Virus record (IMG/VR): IMGVR_UViG_3300021197_001531 | Location: 1 to 57,936 of that record | DNA: 57,936 bases | Origin: a virus | Taxonomy: Duplodnaviria; Caudoviricetes | Direction: 5' to 3' (one strand) | Shown: positions 37,887-49,800 of the stretch, piece by piece | How positions within the stretch are numbered: position 1 is the first letter of the stretch | How the letters are laid out: each line of letters begins with the position of its first letter | The notes under the pieces: generated by a model | Seen by the model: the letters and a program-made list of their open reading frames with translations, nothing else | Told to the model about the DNA's origin: nothing | Database searches by the model: none | Translations under genes and position numbers: made by a program

Positions 37887-38211
37887 CGATACAACCAAAC
37901 ATGTGATAGGGATAAGTCCCGAAGATGAATCACAGGTCATTGAGGTATGGGTACGAGACATCTCATTCCTTGACATTCAAGCCGCCGCACAACACATGCT
38001 TCGTGTTGAAAAAGGTGATGTAACACTTGACTTGGCGGGCTACTGGACATTTGCCTTCTCCAATTGGATTACCAAAACGAACCCCAGTTTAACGACTGAC
38101 GAATTACTTTCCCTCAAAGGCCACATCGGAGAACAGGTCTGCAAGGTGCTCCCACAGCCACAAGAGTTAGCGGAGGCACTGCAAGGGGGGTTTACCAATC
38201 CGACCGAGTGA
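37843..38211 (+). CDS. Putative tail assembly chaperone (lambda G-like)
   Basis: Lies between tube and tape measure; ends in a GGGGGGTTT run; ORF track start 37828. Confidence 0.55.
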   Translation: MKTVITNKSLLLKNDDTTKHVIGISPEDESQVIEVWVRDISFLDIQAAAQHMLRVEKGDVTLDLAGYWTFAFSNWITKTNPSLTTDELLSLKGHIGEQVCKVLPQPQELAEALQGGFTNPTE

Positions 38212-38483
38212 GGGTGGAGCGTTTCCTCAAGAAAGACAAGTATGATTCGGTAGAGGACATAAGCACACAGATTGAACTGTGGGCTTACATCATCGCTAAA
38301 CATTTTGGTATTTCACTGATGGAAGTGTACTCAATGCCCCCTCACTTGTTCAAGCAATCGCTTGTTTGGGCTATGGTATCAACCGAAGAGAACAATAAGG
38401 AGATTGAGCGTAAGAAGCAACAGGCCAAAGCGGGAGATAGGGAAGTCGTACCATTGGATTATTCGTTTTTAGATTGGGAGTGA
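38208..38483 (+). CDS. Putative tail assembly chaperone C-terminal part (lambda T-like)
   Basis: IAKHFGISLMEVYSMP pattern; in the -1 frame relative to the upstream ORF; precedes the tape measure. Confidence 0.55.
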   Translation: MRVERFLKKDKYDSVEDISTQIELWAYIIAKHFGISLMEVYSMPPHLFKQSLVWAMVSTEENNKEIERKKQQAKAGDREVVPLDYSFLDWE

Positions 38484-38487
38484 AGAT

Positions 38488-39708
38488 ATGTCGTTAATTT
38501 CAATGATTTCTTCCATGTCCAGCATGGTTTCGCAAATTGGGCCGGGTTTCAAAGCCGCTGGTAAGATGGCAGTGCAGGCTTTCAAAGACTTAGCAAAGTG
38601 GTTCAACGACAAAGTGGTTCAACCGATTAAGGATAAGATTGATGAGTTGTCGTGGGAAAGCATTAAGGAAAGTGCAAATGAGGCTTGGGATTCAATTAAA
38701 ACAAAAATTGGTGAACTTTGGGATAGCCTACCCGACCTCCCCGATGCGCTCACTTACGACTACTGGTTTGGTGAGGGTGGGGTATTCAATTGGAATTTGG
38801 ATTGGGACAGTTGGTTTGATTTTGACCTACCCGACGAATTGACTTACGACCATTGGTTTGGTGAAGGAGGAGTCTTTGACTGGGACTTTGATTGGGATGG
38901 GTGGTTTGACTTTGACCTGCCGGATGAACTAACCTATGACCACTACTTTGGTGAAGGTGGTGTCTTTGACTGGGACATTGATTGGGGGTCAATCTTTTCC
39001 TTTACACTGCCCGATTGGATGACGCTGGACTACTATTTCGGTGAAGGTGGTGTCTTTGACTGGGACATCTCGTGGAGTGACCTGTTTTCATTTACACTTC
39101 CCGACTGGCTCACCCTTGACTACTACTTCGGTGAAGGTGGTATTTTTGACTGGGACATCAACTGGGGTAGTCTCTTTTCTTTCACGCTTCCCGATTGGCT
39201 CACCCTTGACTACTACTTCGGTGAAGGAGGCATCTTTGACTGGGACTTTTCGGGCATTACTACCAAAATGAGCACTGCGTTCAGCAGTGTTGCCAGTACC
39301 ATTGGTGATACACTCAAAGCCCCCATTAACGGACTCATTGAGAGTATCAACAGTCTATTTGCTGGCATCAACTTTACGAAGACCATCCCGAATCCATTCG
39401 GTGATGACTACAAGGTTGGTTTGGATTTGTCCAATTGGAATATCCCAGCACTGGCAAAGGGTGGTATCGTAAACAAGCCTACACTCGCTATGATTGGTGA
39501 GGACGGGGCGGAGGCTGTCGTACCGCTTACTCAGCGCAACAATCCAAGTGGTGCAGGTATGGGCGGGGGCACGGTCAATGTTACCGTCAATGCCAGCGGC
39601 ATCACAGACCGCACGGACAAGCGCACGCTGGCTCGTGAGATTGGCAACATGATTCAGCAAGAAATGGCCCGCAACATCGGCGGCACCACCATGAGAGGGC
39701 GATACTGA
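38488..39708 (+). CDS. Short tape-measure-like protein with 30-aa Trp/Asp/Phe repeats
   Basis: AWDSIKTKIGELW-type helices; C-terminal LAKGGIVNKPTLAMIGEDGAEAVVPL typical of tape-measure ends. Confidence 0.72.
   Translation: MSLISMISSMSSMVSQIGPGFKAAGKMAVQAFKDLAKWFNDKVVQPIKDKIDELSWESIKESANEAWDSIKTKIGELWDSLPDLPDALTYDYWFGEGGVFNWNLDWDSWFDFDLPDELTYDHWFGEGGVFDWDFDWDGWFDFDLPDELTYDHYFGEGGVFDWDIDWGSIFSFTLPDWMTLDYYFGEGGVFDWDISWSDLFSFTLPDWLTLDYYFGEGGIFDWDINWGSLFSFTLPDWLTLDYYFGEGGIFDWDFSGITTKMSTAFSSVASTIGDTLKAPINGLIESINSLFAGINFTKTIPNPFGDDYKVGLDLSNWNIPALAKGGIVNKPTLAMIGEDGAEAVVPLTQRNNPSGAGMGGGTVNVTVNASGITDRTDKRTLAREIGNMIQQEMARNIGGTTMRGRY
38737..39250 (+). repeat. 90-nt (30-aa) tandem repeat, five full copies plus one partial
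   Basis: Units start at 38737, 38827, 38917, 39007, 39097 and 39187; consensus LPDxLTxDYxFGEGGVFDWDxxWxxxFxFx. Confidence 0.93.
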
Positions 39709-40856
39709 TGGGTACGCCAATTCGCCTTGTACGCAACGATGGCGGCATCATTGAGTTGATGGCCACCACCCTCACCATGAATGTGGACAGGGGTGTTTCC
39801 CCACTTTCTATACCATTCGGTGGGGGAAACAGGTATGCTTTTGACCTTAACTTACCCAAATCTCTCATCACAGTTGAGGGTGTGATGACGGACGACGACA
39901 TCCTCAACATGAACTCTATCGGTCAAGATGCAACGGGCATCATTGACTTTTCAAGAAGAAGTGACAGGATTGACACTGGTATTTTCGCTCAAGAGGCCGT
40001 AATTGACCCATTAGTTGAGAACACAACTCTCAATTCACCCGCTACCACCGATAACTACATTCAATTCAATCCATACGGCAAAGTGTACTTGGCTAAGCAA
40101 AACTCATCATTTGAAGGTAAAACCGCTGGTGGTCTTCATTATATTGCTATTCATGACGGCACATCGCCCCGTACTGCGGTTCAAATGGCGGCAAGCCTAC
40201 ACGCTTTGATTACCTCTTACAGTGCTGATTTGCAGTTATCCTCCACCATTATCAATTCCCCAATCAACGGTGAAATCAATACCGCAGTGGAGTTGACGAA
40301 CATCAATCAAGCCGCCGCTGGGAACGGCGTGATGTCGTTCCCATACCCCGGTTATCTTGCGCTACCCTACCATGTGCAATTTAAGGGTGGGCGAAACACC
40401 TCTCAAGTCACAAACAAATCCGCAGGTGATAAGGTGGCTGAGTTGTTTGCAGTGTTAAACAACAGTAACAATGGCGGTGGTGGCTACAATTCAACCTTTG
40501 GGGCCGGAAACTCTGTGCTTAAAATAGCGACACTGGGGGCGGGTGGTGCTTCTGCTTCGGATGTGAGTGGACATAAGAGTAGGCAATACGGGGATTACAT
40601 TATCGCCATACAAATCCCCTTCACATCCAATGTTAGAAGCAACGAATCACTGTTTTACATGCCTACCGGCCCTACAAACAAAATCACTGATAAAACAGTG
40701 AATAACGCACTTGCGGCTGGTACTGAATTTAAAGAAAGCAATAGCAAATACACCGGCATTAAAGGTGCTGTTGCAAACGCTACTTTTGTACAACTTGGTG
40801 GTGAACCAATTTATTCCTACACCATCAACTTTACACCCGTTGATTTCATATTTTGA
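39708..40856 (+). CDS. Putative distal tail/baseplate hub protein
   Basis: Directly after the tape measure; ITVEGVMTD and YSYTINFTP tube-fold-like termini. Confidence 0.55.
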   Translation: MGTPIRLVRNDGGIIELMATTLTMNVDRGVSPLSIPFGGGNRYAFDLNLPKSLITVEGVMTDDDILNMNSIGQDATGIIDFSRRSDRIDTGIFAQEAVIDPLVENTTLNSPATTDNYIQFNPYGKVYLAKQNSSFEGKTAGGLHYIAIHDGTSPRTAVQMAASLHALITSYSADLQLSSTIINSPINGEINTAVELTNINQAAAGNGVMSFPYPGYLALPYHVQFKGGRNTSQVTNKSAGDKVAELFAVLNNSNNGGGGYNSTFGAGNSVLKIATLGAGGASASDVSGHKSRQYGDYIIAIQIPFTSNVRSNESLFYMPTGPTNKITDKTVNNALAAGTEFKESNSKYTGIKGAVANATFVQLGGEPIYSYTINFTPVDFIF

Positions 40857-40865
40857 GGTGGTAGA

Positions 40866-43800
40866 ATGGTTGCAATCGGTCGCAGTAGTCACGCCTTCTT
40901 CTTTGATGGCGTGAGCGATTCGGTGATTATCCCTCAAGGTCGCTTTACCAAGACTGGTGTTAAGGATGCTGATGGCAACAAACTCATGACCAAAACCCTA
41001 CAGGGTAGCGGCGACATTGTTTCAATTAACGGTAAAACAATTGCAGATTTCGTAATTGAGGCATGGGTCGTTCCCGACTGTGGTGGTATCATTGCTCACC
41101 GAGAAGGGCAATTTACGCTTGAAATGGGCACAGTGGACACTCCCGGCCCTGCTGTGTTCACCGTTCAAGTTGAGTCACTGCAAGGCCCGTCTTATTTCCG
41201 TTTAGCAACCGCCTATGACGCGTCCACCCGTTGGGATGGTATCGTGTACCCTCAACAGGAGCACGGTGGTATTCACGATTCGTACAACCGTTATGACACA
41301 AGCAACTACGGTGATGCTACAAATCTCAACTTCAACAACCGACCGTTGTATCATGTCGTGGCTGGTATCAACCAAGACCGTGTGTTTTTGGCTGTCAACG
41401 GTGAGGTTGTTGCTGAGCAGGACATCCCGCCCGAAACTCGTCTTGCACGCTCTACTGAACATGTGTATCTTGGTGGTAAAGGTGGTGAGTTCCGTGGAGC
41501 AATTGAGGCTATTCATTTCTCTAACGAGTTTGACGAGAATATGATTCAACCTTCTATGGCGGTTAAAAGTTTGACTACTTCGGCCTTGTTCCGCTTTGAA
41601 GAACCCATTGATGTTGTGCAAGGAACCTACGATTTCAATGCCTATACTGTGACTGATGCGAGCACCAAGACCCTTACGATGAGTACCACTAACGCACAGG
41701 CTCTCATCGCTCGTTTGACGGGTAAAGCGTATGATTCATCCACCCCCACGACCACCTTCACGGCCAACCCGTATAGCATGGGTAACTACAAAGTTGTTGA
41801 CTACTACACAAATACCGGAACACCGACCACGCTGGCGGTTCCTCACACGCCCTACAACCTACTCATCAACCCCGGTGCTATCAACCGCAACACGCAGAAG
41901 CCCAATCAGTCCCCACCCGAACGGGTCCGATTGGAAAGCATCAACGGGAGCACAGGTGTTGTCACCTTCTCCAGTATTCACATTGACTTCGTGAACGGCA
42001 CAAGCGGCATCCGTGGTGCCCTGCACAGTCGTACCGCTGATGTTGACAATTACTTCGTGGTCGTTGGTGCTGACTTGCTCATTGACAATGGCACAGGTAA
42101 GCCCTATCAGCCTCCTCATTACGGCACTCAAATCTTTGACAAGACTGGGCAAATGGTTCTTGATGAGAGCAACACGGAAAACCACGGGTTGGTGTACTCC
42201 AATCGGATGGCCACCACCGACACGGACACGAACAATCCCTTTGCGGTCACTTGGCCTGCTGGTCTTGACACTCTTTTCCAAATCGGTCACAGTGGACGAC
42301 ACGCCTTTTCTCACATCACAGGTCATGAATACATGCGCCGTTTCCCAAAGCCTGCTGACCTCGTTGTTGACCAGCAAGCAGACGGTTCGGCTGACATTGT
42401 ACAAATGGCGTATGACTCCAACACTCGCAACATTGACGAAATGTTTGTGATGAACTCACTGGTTGATTTCTATTCCGAAACTTTGGAGGCACCTATCGCT
42501 CGTATTGAAAACTCGTCCAGCGTGGCCACCATCACGCACAACGGCCTTCCAGCCAGCAAGCGTGAACTTATCGCCATTGGTGGTAGCGGTTTCAAGTACG
42601 CCGCTTTCATGCTTAAAGGACCAGTTCCCGAAACAGGAGCGATTGACGAGAACAATCGCTTGCATCATCTTGTTCCCGAAACTGAAAGCCGTGTCGCTCT
42701 CTTGCATGTTCCCGCCCTCAAAACGAGCCATGACCTTGCTCCTTATGTTGAGATACACTACAACGCTGTTGACCTCACGGGTGCCAGCATGGGTGAAAGC
42801 GCACCAATGTTGATGGTGGAAAAGACCGTACCAGCGGGTTCGTTTGATTTGGGAAGCGGTACACGGGTGCTGGATGTCATTACCTCCGACCTCGCTAACT
42901 GCACACTTTATTCACCCGGCGGTGTGATTTACCTGTCAAACGCTATCAGCGGTTACGGTTCACTCATGCAGGAGTCGCATACACTGATTGGTGACAACAC
43001 GGGTGGTCAAGAGAGCGATACTGAACTGGATTACTCTCGCACGCCCGAACTGTACACGCCCGTGAGCGATGTCAACGCTGAACCAGCCAGTCCACCCAAG
43101 GCCATTGCCCGCTCCCACAACTCCAGTACACACGAATCAGTGTATCATAGATTGGCCATTGAGAGCATGTCGTCAAGTGCTACGGACACAATCGTTGACG
43201 AAGGTGCAGGTAAGCGTACACGCCAGCCAACTACGGACAAGACAGGCACGGGCGTGTTTGACCTCGGCCCCACCACCCATTCAAGTCGTGTCTTTGAGAT
43301 GTTTAACATCATTGACAATGTTTTGATTACTGATGAAGCAGGTTTGCTGGCAAAGATTTTCGTCCAGCCATCTGTTAAATCACGAGTAAATCAATTGTCT
43401 TTGGTGCGTTCCCTTGGTGCAGGAGACACACCCAACATCGCCAGCATCATGTTCCTCATGAGTCGCTGTCGGGTGCGTGGGGTGTCTAAGCAAGAAAGCC
43501 CCGAAGGGAACATGTCCACCGTGGTTGTTACAGCAACAGGCATCGCTGATTCATTCGTCAACGAGAATGTGTCCGTGATTGGTAGCGGCTCACCCGATTC
43601 ACATGTGGTGAAGGAGATTGAACCCAATGCGCCTGTCGTGACTGTCACGCTGGGTGGGCCGGGACAAGGTGGTGTAAACACCAAGCCTACCTTTGACCCC
43701 AGCCCGTTGATGCGCTTACCGGGTTCAACTCGTCGTAACTGCGTGGTGCAGGCAAAGGTGGTTCACACTGCTACTGTGAGTGCACTTCCCTTTTCAATGA

Positions 43801-46800
43801 GTATCACTCCGATTAACAACGGGTCGCCCGATATAGCCTCATGGGGAACGATTTGTTTCCCCAAGAAAGGGCGTGTTTACCTGCAAGACGGTGCCAGTGC
43901 CGAGTACAATAGTAAAAGCGGAAGCGGATTCTATTTTGACCAAACCACTACTGCTATTAAAGACAGGAAGTATTTGGATGCGGCAGGTACCGCATATGCT
44001 AATTTCCACGACTGGTGCAACGCTACAGGCATCATCAACCAAGCCAGCACTGGAACACATCTCACTTCGGTGTACATTTCAAATGACGGTGATTTTGATA
44101 GTGATTCACTGGCACAAGACGGTAGCACCGTCAACGACCGTTTGTTCCAATCTCTTGACACGGTGACCCACGACTACCAGTTGGGTACGCAATTTGCCAG
44201 TACCCGTGCTATGGTGGAGATTCCCGTCTTCCCTCAGCAGTTCTTTGACCATACCGAACTCGGTATATTCCCCGGCCCCGACAACAGTATGAAACTCCAT
44301 GTTGATGCGACCTACACGGCCCACACATGGAACCCTACTCCTGTGGGTAGGCGTGCGAATGACATTGAAGCGGCTGACAAAACAAAGTTTTCAGCATACA
44401 GTTACACAATGAATAGCCAAGAACATGTAGGTTCTGCCATGATTACAAAGTTTGAGGTTGTAGGGAACTTTTACTATCTGTATGTATCTCACCCTCAATT
44501 GTTCCCCGATGCTTCCACTACTGGTACTTTTGGTGGAATAAAGGATGTAAGACGAGTTAGAAGAGTTTTTGTCAATGATGAAGATTGGGCGTTTTATGTC
44601 AACGACCCTTCAACAGATGGTTACTTGAAAATACCATATAACTCAAATGGTGGTTTTCACGAAGGGGTTTCCGACACATTTGCCTTTAATGCGATTGTAG
44701 GTTCAAGGATTTATATTGTGGATTCCCGAAATGAATCTCTCATACCGTTAAGTTCGGATAGTGATACCCCTTCCTCGGATTATGAGGGTCGCTCTCCGTT
44801 TTATCACGATATGGCGAATGTGATGACACAAGGTGGTAATCTTGACTACGGTTTGCGCCAGTATGTATCGGCTGTAGAGTTTAAGGCCGGACCGTTGGCT
44901 AACCCACACGCTCCCCGAACAGTGAGTAAGCGTGCATCGTCAAAAATCTTGCAAGTGACACAAGAAAGTGCGATAGGTGGTGGGACACAACTTGAGTTGA
45001 TTCTTGAAGACGCATCCCTATTCCCCGATGCACCTTTTACTAAAGATTCATCAAACGCAATTTCGTTTGAGCAAGGTGACCTTTTGTTTATTAGTGAAAT
45101 TATGCTTGACACTCCAATTGAAGGTTTTTACTATGGGCGTGTTACTAACACTGCTGGTACCAATTCGGTTATCATGGTGATACCCGATGGTGTTTCATTT
45201 ACTGCTGGTGATTTTGTTGGTGTTAATTTGCGACTTAAGAAATATGGTCGTGCGTTGAGTGGTTTGAGTGACCCTGCAAATGCAATCCTAAGTGAAAGGG
45301 CGATAACTACATTTTACCCTACCACTGCCGACGAACGGTGGGAATTTCCAACGGCCTATTCAGCAGGCACCACCACTGTACTCAACATTACCAACGGTAG
45401 CAAACGGTTTGCACACGCCAATACTGTAGGTGTAAACATCCGAAAGGGCGACAAGTTGTACAAACAAACCGGAACAGGTACATTGAACATTAAATATGTT
45501 GGTGAGGTGAGTGCGGTTGAATCCAACGAAGTTACTGGTGTTTACACTCAAATTACTCTCACAGCGAACAACGCCGTTGGTATTTCTGCTAATGACCGTG
45601 TACGCATTGGTGCTAACTCGGTGATTACTGAAGACTTTGATGCTATTCTTAACCGTAGTTGGTTGTACCCATACGCACAAGGAGGTCTGCGTAATGGTGA
45701 TACCGTATGGATGAACATGACCCTTAACAATCCCCACGCTGTTGAGGGTTTGTTCGCAAAGAGTCGTGGTGTATTCAACGAGGCGGCTGTATGGAAGGGG
45801 TTCAACGGTGGGCAGGGAACACTGGCTGACCGCCCACGAGATTCAATCCCTCTTGAAAACTTCTTGATTGGTGATTCATGTCTTGAAACGGCACAAAACT
45901 TCGCTCAGCATGTGAACAAGACAATGGAGATGAATTACGAGGCCATGGGGTTGGATGCAAGCCAAGCACCTACGGTGGCCTATATTGACCCATATTTGTC
46001 CACTGACGGTAATGCCCGTGTGCTATTGTTTGATGTAGCCCACGACCGTGAGTTCATCGCATTCCATGATTTGCACATGCAGGTACAATCCAGTGCCGCA
46101 ACACCCACACTGGGATATACTCGTGACATTGCCCACTCCACAGGTACCATCAAGTTGGACAAGCACCTCGTGAGTATTAACGGGGGCGCACCGCACTACT
46201 TCACGACTCAGTTGGATGTAGCCAACGGTTTTCCTTCGGAAAACAAATACCTACGCTCAACACAACAGTCCAAGTTCATTGAGAGTGCTTATGCCCATAA
46301 CACCCCGAACATGGGGGGCGGGGCATATACACTTACCGACCCGTCTTCACGAGGTGCAAACCCATTCGTGCGTGGTAAAGGACACGGGCACTTTGTACAC
46401 ACTGGCTACTTTCATGAGGAAACTTCCAACACACACACTGTTGGTGACAGTACGCTTCCAAGAGTACAACCAGCCGTAGCCTCAGTTTATTACGCCAATC
46501 AAGCGCATAAAACTGTACGAATTGAAAGGGCTGGTGATTCTCTTATTAGCACCTTACGAAGTCATAGATTGTCCAAAGACCCAAATACACATTCTTTCAA
46601 AGACAGTAGTACCTTATTTGATACGCCCGATGGCACTCGTGTTATTTCGGCTTTCCTTTGTTTGAAGGGTAAGAGAAGTAACCATCTTGATTTAGTCAAC
46701 CATGAAGAGTCTCGCCTGCAACATCTCAAACATTGGTCACAGATGGATTTCGTTCGTCGCATGACCCTTGATTTGGGTGAGGTTGGTGTGAAGGAAGGAG

Positions 46801-49800
46801 TCACTGACATTGAAGCGGCGGCTCGTGAATTAGTGCGAATTATCAATCAAGGAGGTGCACCTAAAGGACGCACCCATGCTCGTCGGCCTTCTCAGCAATA
46901 CCCCGGTGAGAGTGAAAGGCTTGACCTTACACGCATTGGTGTACGACAAGACATAGGTGACGAAAATAAAGACCCCACTTCAGCACACATCAATGCTGAC
47001 TTCGCCGCCACTGGTTCCACATATGACCCATCACCGTTTTGGTACGGTGATATAGCCTTTGATACCCACGACCGTGGTTCTCACATGGGGTATGTACGAG
47101 CACATTTGGGGCGTGTTGTTGAAGACATCAATGGTAACGAAGGTTACAGCATTGTCATTCACTCCACTATTCCGGGTGCTTCGGGTCGTAATTTCTGCGT
47201 ATGGCTTGACAACAGCAAGGGTCAATCCTCGTATCAACCCCAGTTCCTTATTGGTCATGGTGGCCGATTCCGTAACTTTTGGGCGCAACCCGACGAAATC
47301 TTGGGCGAAAATATGCACCCTGCTCCAATGCCTCTCAACAAAGACGGGCGACCCTTTGCACCCGTTACCACTCTACGGGAGTTTGTTCCACAAGAAAAAC
47401 CCAATGAAGCATTCACGAGTAATCATGATGTTTCTTCAAGAGGGGACAAAACAACCAACCCAAACGGTCGTAACATTTCTGCCCATCTTGGGGGCATTTC
47501 TCACAACAGTGTAAACGATGAGTCGTTTGAAGCACAAAGCCCTTCAACTACGCTTGTGAAAGGTTTGAGGACTGGAAAACAGGCCACTGCACGAATTAAC
47601 TTTGGTGGTTTGGTAGAAACTGGTGTACCGGGTTTTTCACCTATCGCTGGTAAATATGGCCTTGGGCGAAAAGGAGATTTGTCGTTTAACAAGCGATACA
47701 ACGAGACAATTTTGACCGGCGGAACTTCACCTGTTGCAAATGGTTCCTACACGAATCATATTCTTAGCACTGAACTACTTGATGAAAAGATTGGCGATGC
47801 CCCGTTGTATGGCTTCCGTTTTACTGACCATCGTGGTATTGGATATGGTATTCGTTTAATTTATCGTGAAATGAACTCTCCCTTTGCTAACGAATTAACA
47901 ACAATTCCTTCAACAATTGACGAAGAAATTTGTGTATATTTTGATGATAGAGATGTCGCTCAAGGTGGATTTACCATTGGTCAAAACATGCTCGGTGCTG
48001 GTGATGGTACGGGTCGCCTCACAGTAGAAAGTGGAATGACAGAAGCACTGTGGAGGGGAAACCAATGGCGAGGAATGTACGCACCCTCTATTGGTGTTGA
48101 TTCGCAAATTAAGTGGGATAGCACAGATAGCACTATTGAGATTCGTCTTGAGGCTCCTTTTGATACCGCAACAAGCGATTTTGATGCAATAAATGACATT
48201 CTCGGTTATCTTGGCTTCCCAAGGGAAAATGGAGTTTTGCAAATTACAGACCCAATTTACGACTCAGATTTGACATACATAGGGTCATTGGGTAATACTG
48301 TTTCATATGAAAGCAGAACACAAAACGATGCTACAGGTACTCATATCTTTTATGGAGTGCGAGGTTCTTCTTTCACTATTTCTCACTATTTGAGTACATT
48401 TGGTGGTGCGGCTACTGAGGGAACTGGTGCTGAACAATTACCTGCCACCTCTAACAACATCATTCGTGGACTTATTTCACCACGACTTAACATGACGACA
48501 CTGGTTACCGATGAATTGTTGGCCGCTGTCACCGCCGCCGCCGTCAACTTGGAAAACCCTAACATACAGGAGGGATTTTCATTTAATTGCCGAGAAATGT
48601 ATGCACCCGATGGGCGTACTTTTGGTGAGTGGGGAGTTGCGGCTGACGCAATTAAAATCCGTGCTCACAACCCACAACAGGGTGCTCGTTCACTTTCTAA
48701 AATGTTCACAGCCAGTGTACACAAAGACTTGGGAATCGCCGCTCCACATTTAGAGTTTGGAGAATATCAATCTTTAATCCAATCGGGTTCTTCGTGGACT
48801 GTAACAGATGGTAGTACAGCAGTGAACGAGCCATATTCGGATGATGATATAGAAACCCACCATAAGAAAATTGATTGCGGTTACATTCCTCACACGGTAT
48901 TACAAATTACTTCAAAGGCCCGTGGGTTCCATACAAACACACCTACACCCATACTGGTTGATTCTTACAATGACCCTGTACCTGTTTCTCGCTGGCGAAA
49001 TAATCTCAAGGGTATTCGTTTTACAAGGAAGAGTGGTGACCACATCACTCCTGCTCTTGACAACACCGCTGTGATATATGATTCTTTTAACGGCTCAACA
49101 GGCGTTTTTACCTTACTTAATTCAATAGCGGCGATTTTAATTCCAGCGGGTTTTGAAAGTGATGCGCTCAGTATCAGTGGTAGCAACAGGGACAGGCTTG
49201 TTTCATATGGTGATAAGACAGTCATTTATCACGGTACACTAAAGAAAGCACTTGGAACATCATTACAAGATTCATCTGCAAGTGGCCTTGACAAACTGTT
49301 AGTGGATATTTCGGAAAGTAATGAGGCTTGGAAAGGCGAGTATGAAGGTGTAAGCACTATAACCGACGACGGATTACTTGCCGTACAAAATCAAAATGTT
49401 TTCACGGGTATTCGCCTATACGGTAGTGTTGAAAGTGAGCCAATCACATACTTCAAGGGAGGACAGGACAGCAAAGACCACAGTGTACCTTTGTACTTCG
49501 GTGGTGGATTTAGTGGGGTCGTGCTGGATGTCAATGACGGCTCAAAAAACGATTACTCGTCATTCTATACCCATCCCTATTCCACTGGTCCTACTGGCAC
49601 CGCAGGCATCCAAAACGCCAACGAAATCAGCACGGCATATGCACTGGTAGATTGCAACGCACTTCTCGCCTTCTTCCCCGGTACGCCTTTCCTTGACCAA
49701 CACCGTGGTAGCATCAACCCACCGGCTTACAATCAAGACAGTTTGCTGTCACCCGACATTGATGTGGGTACACTTGCAACCCTTACGGCCCTCCCCGGCC

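Noticed and set aside
38737-39250. Regularly spaced repeats as a CRISPR array
   Set aside because: In-frame coding repeats with synonymous variation and no unique spacers; no cas genes.
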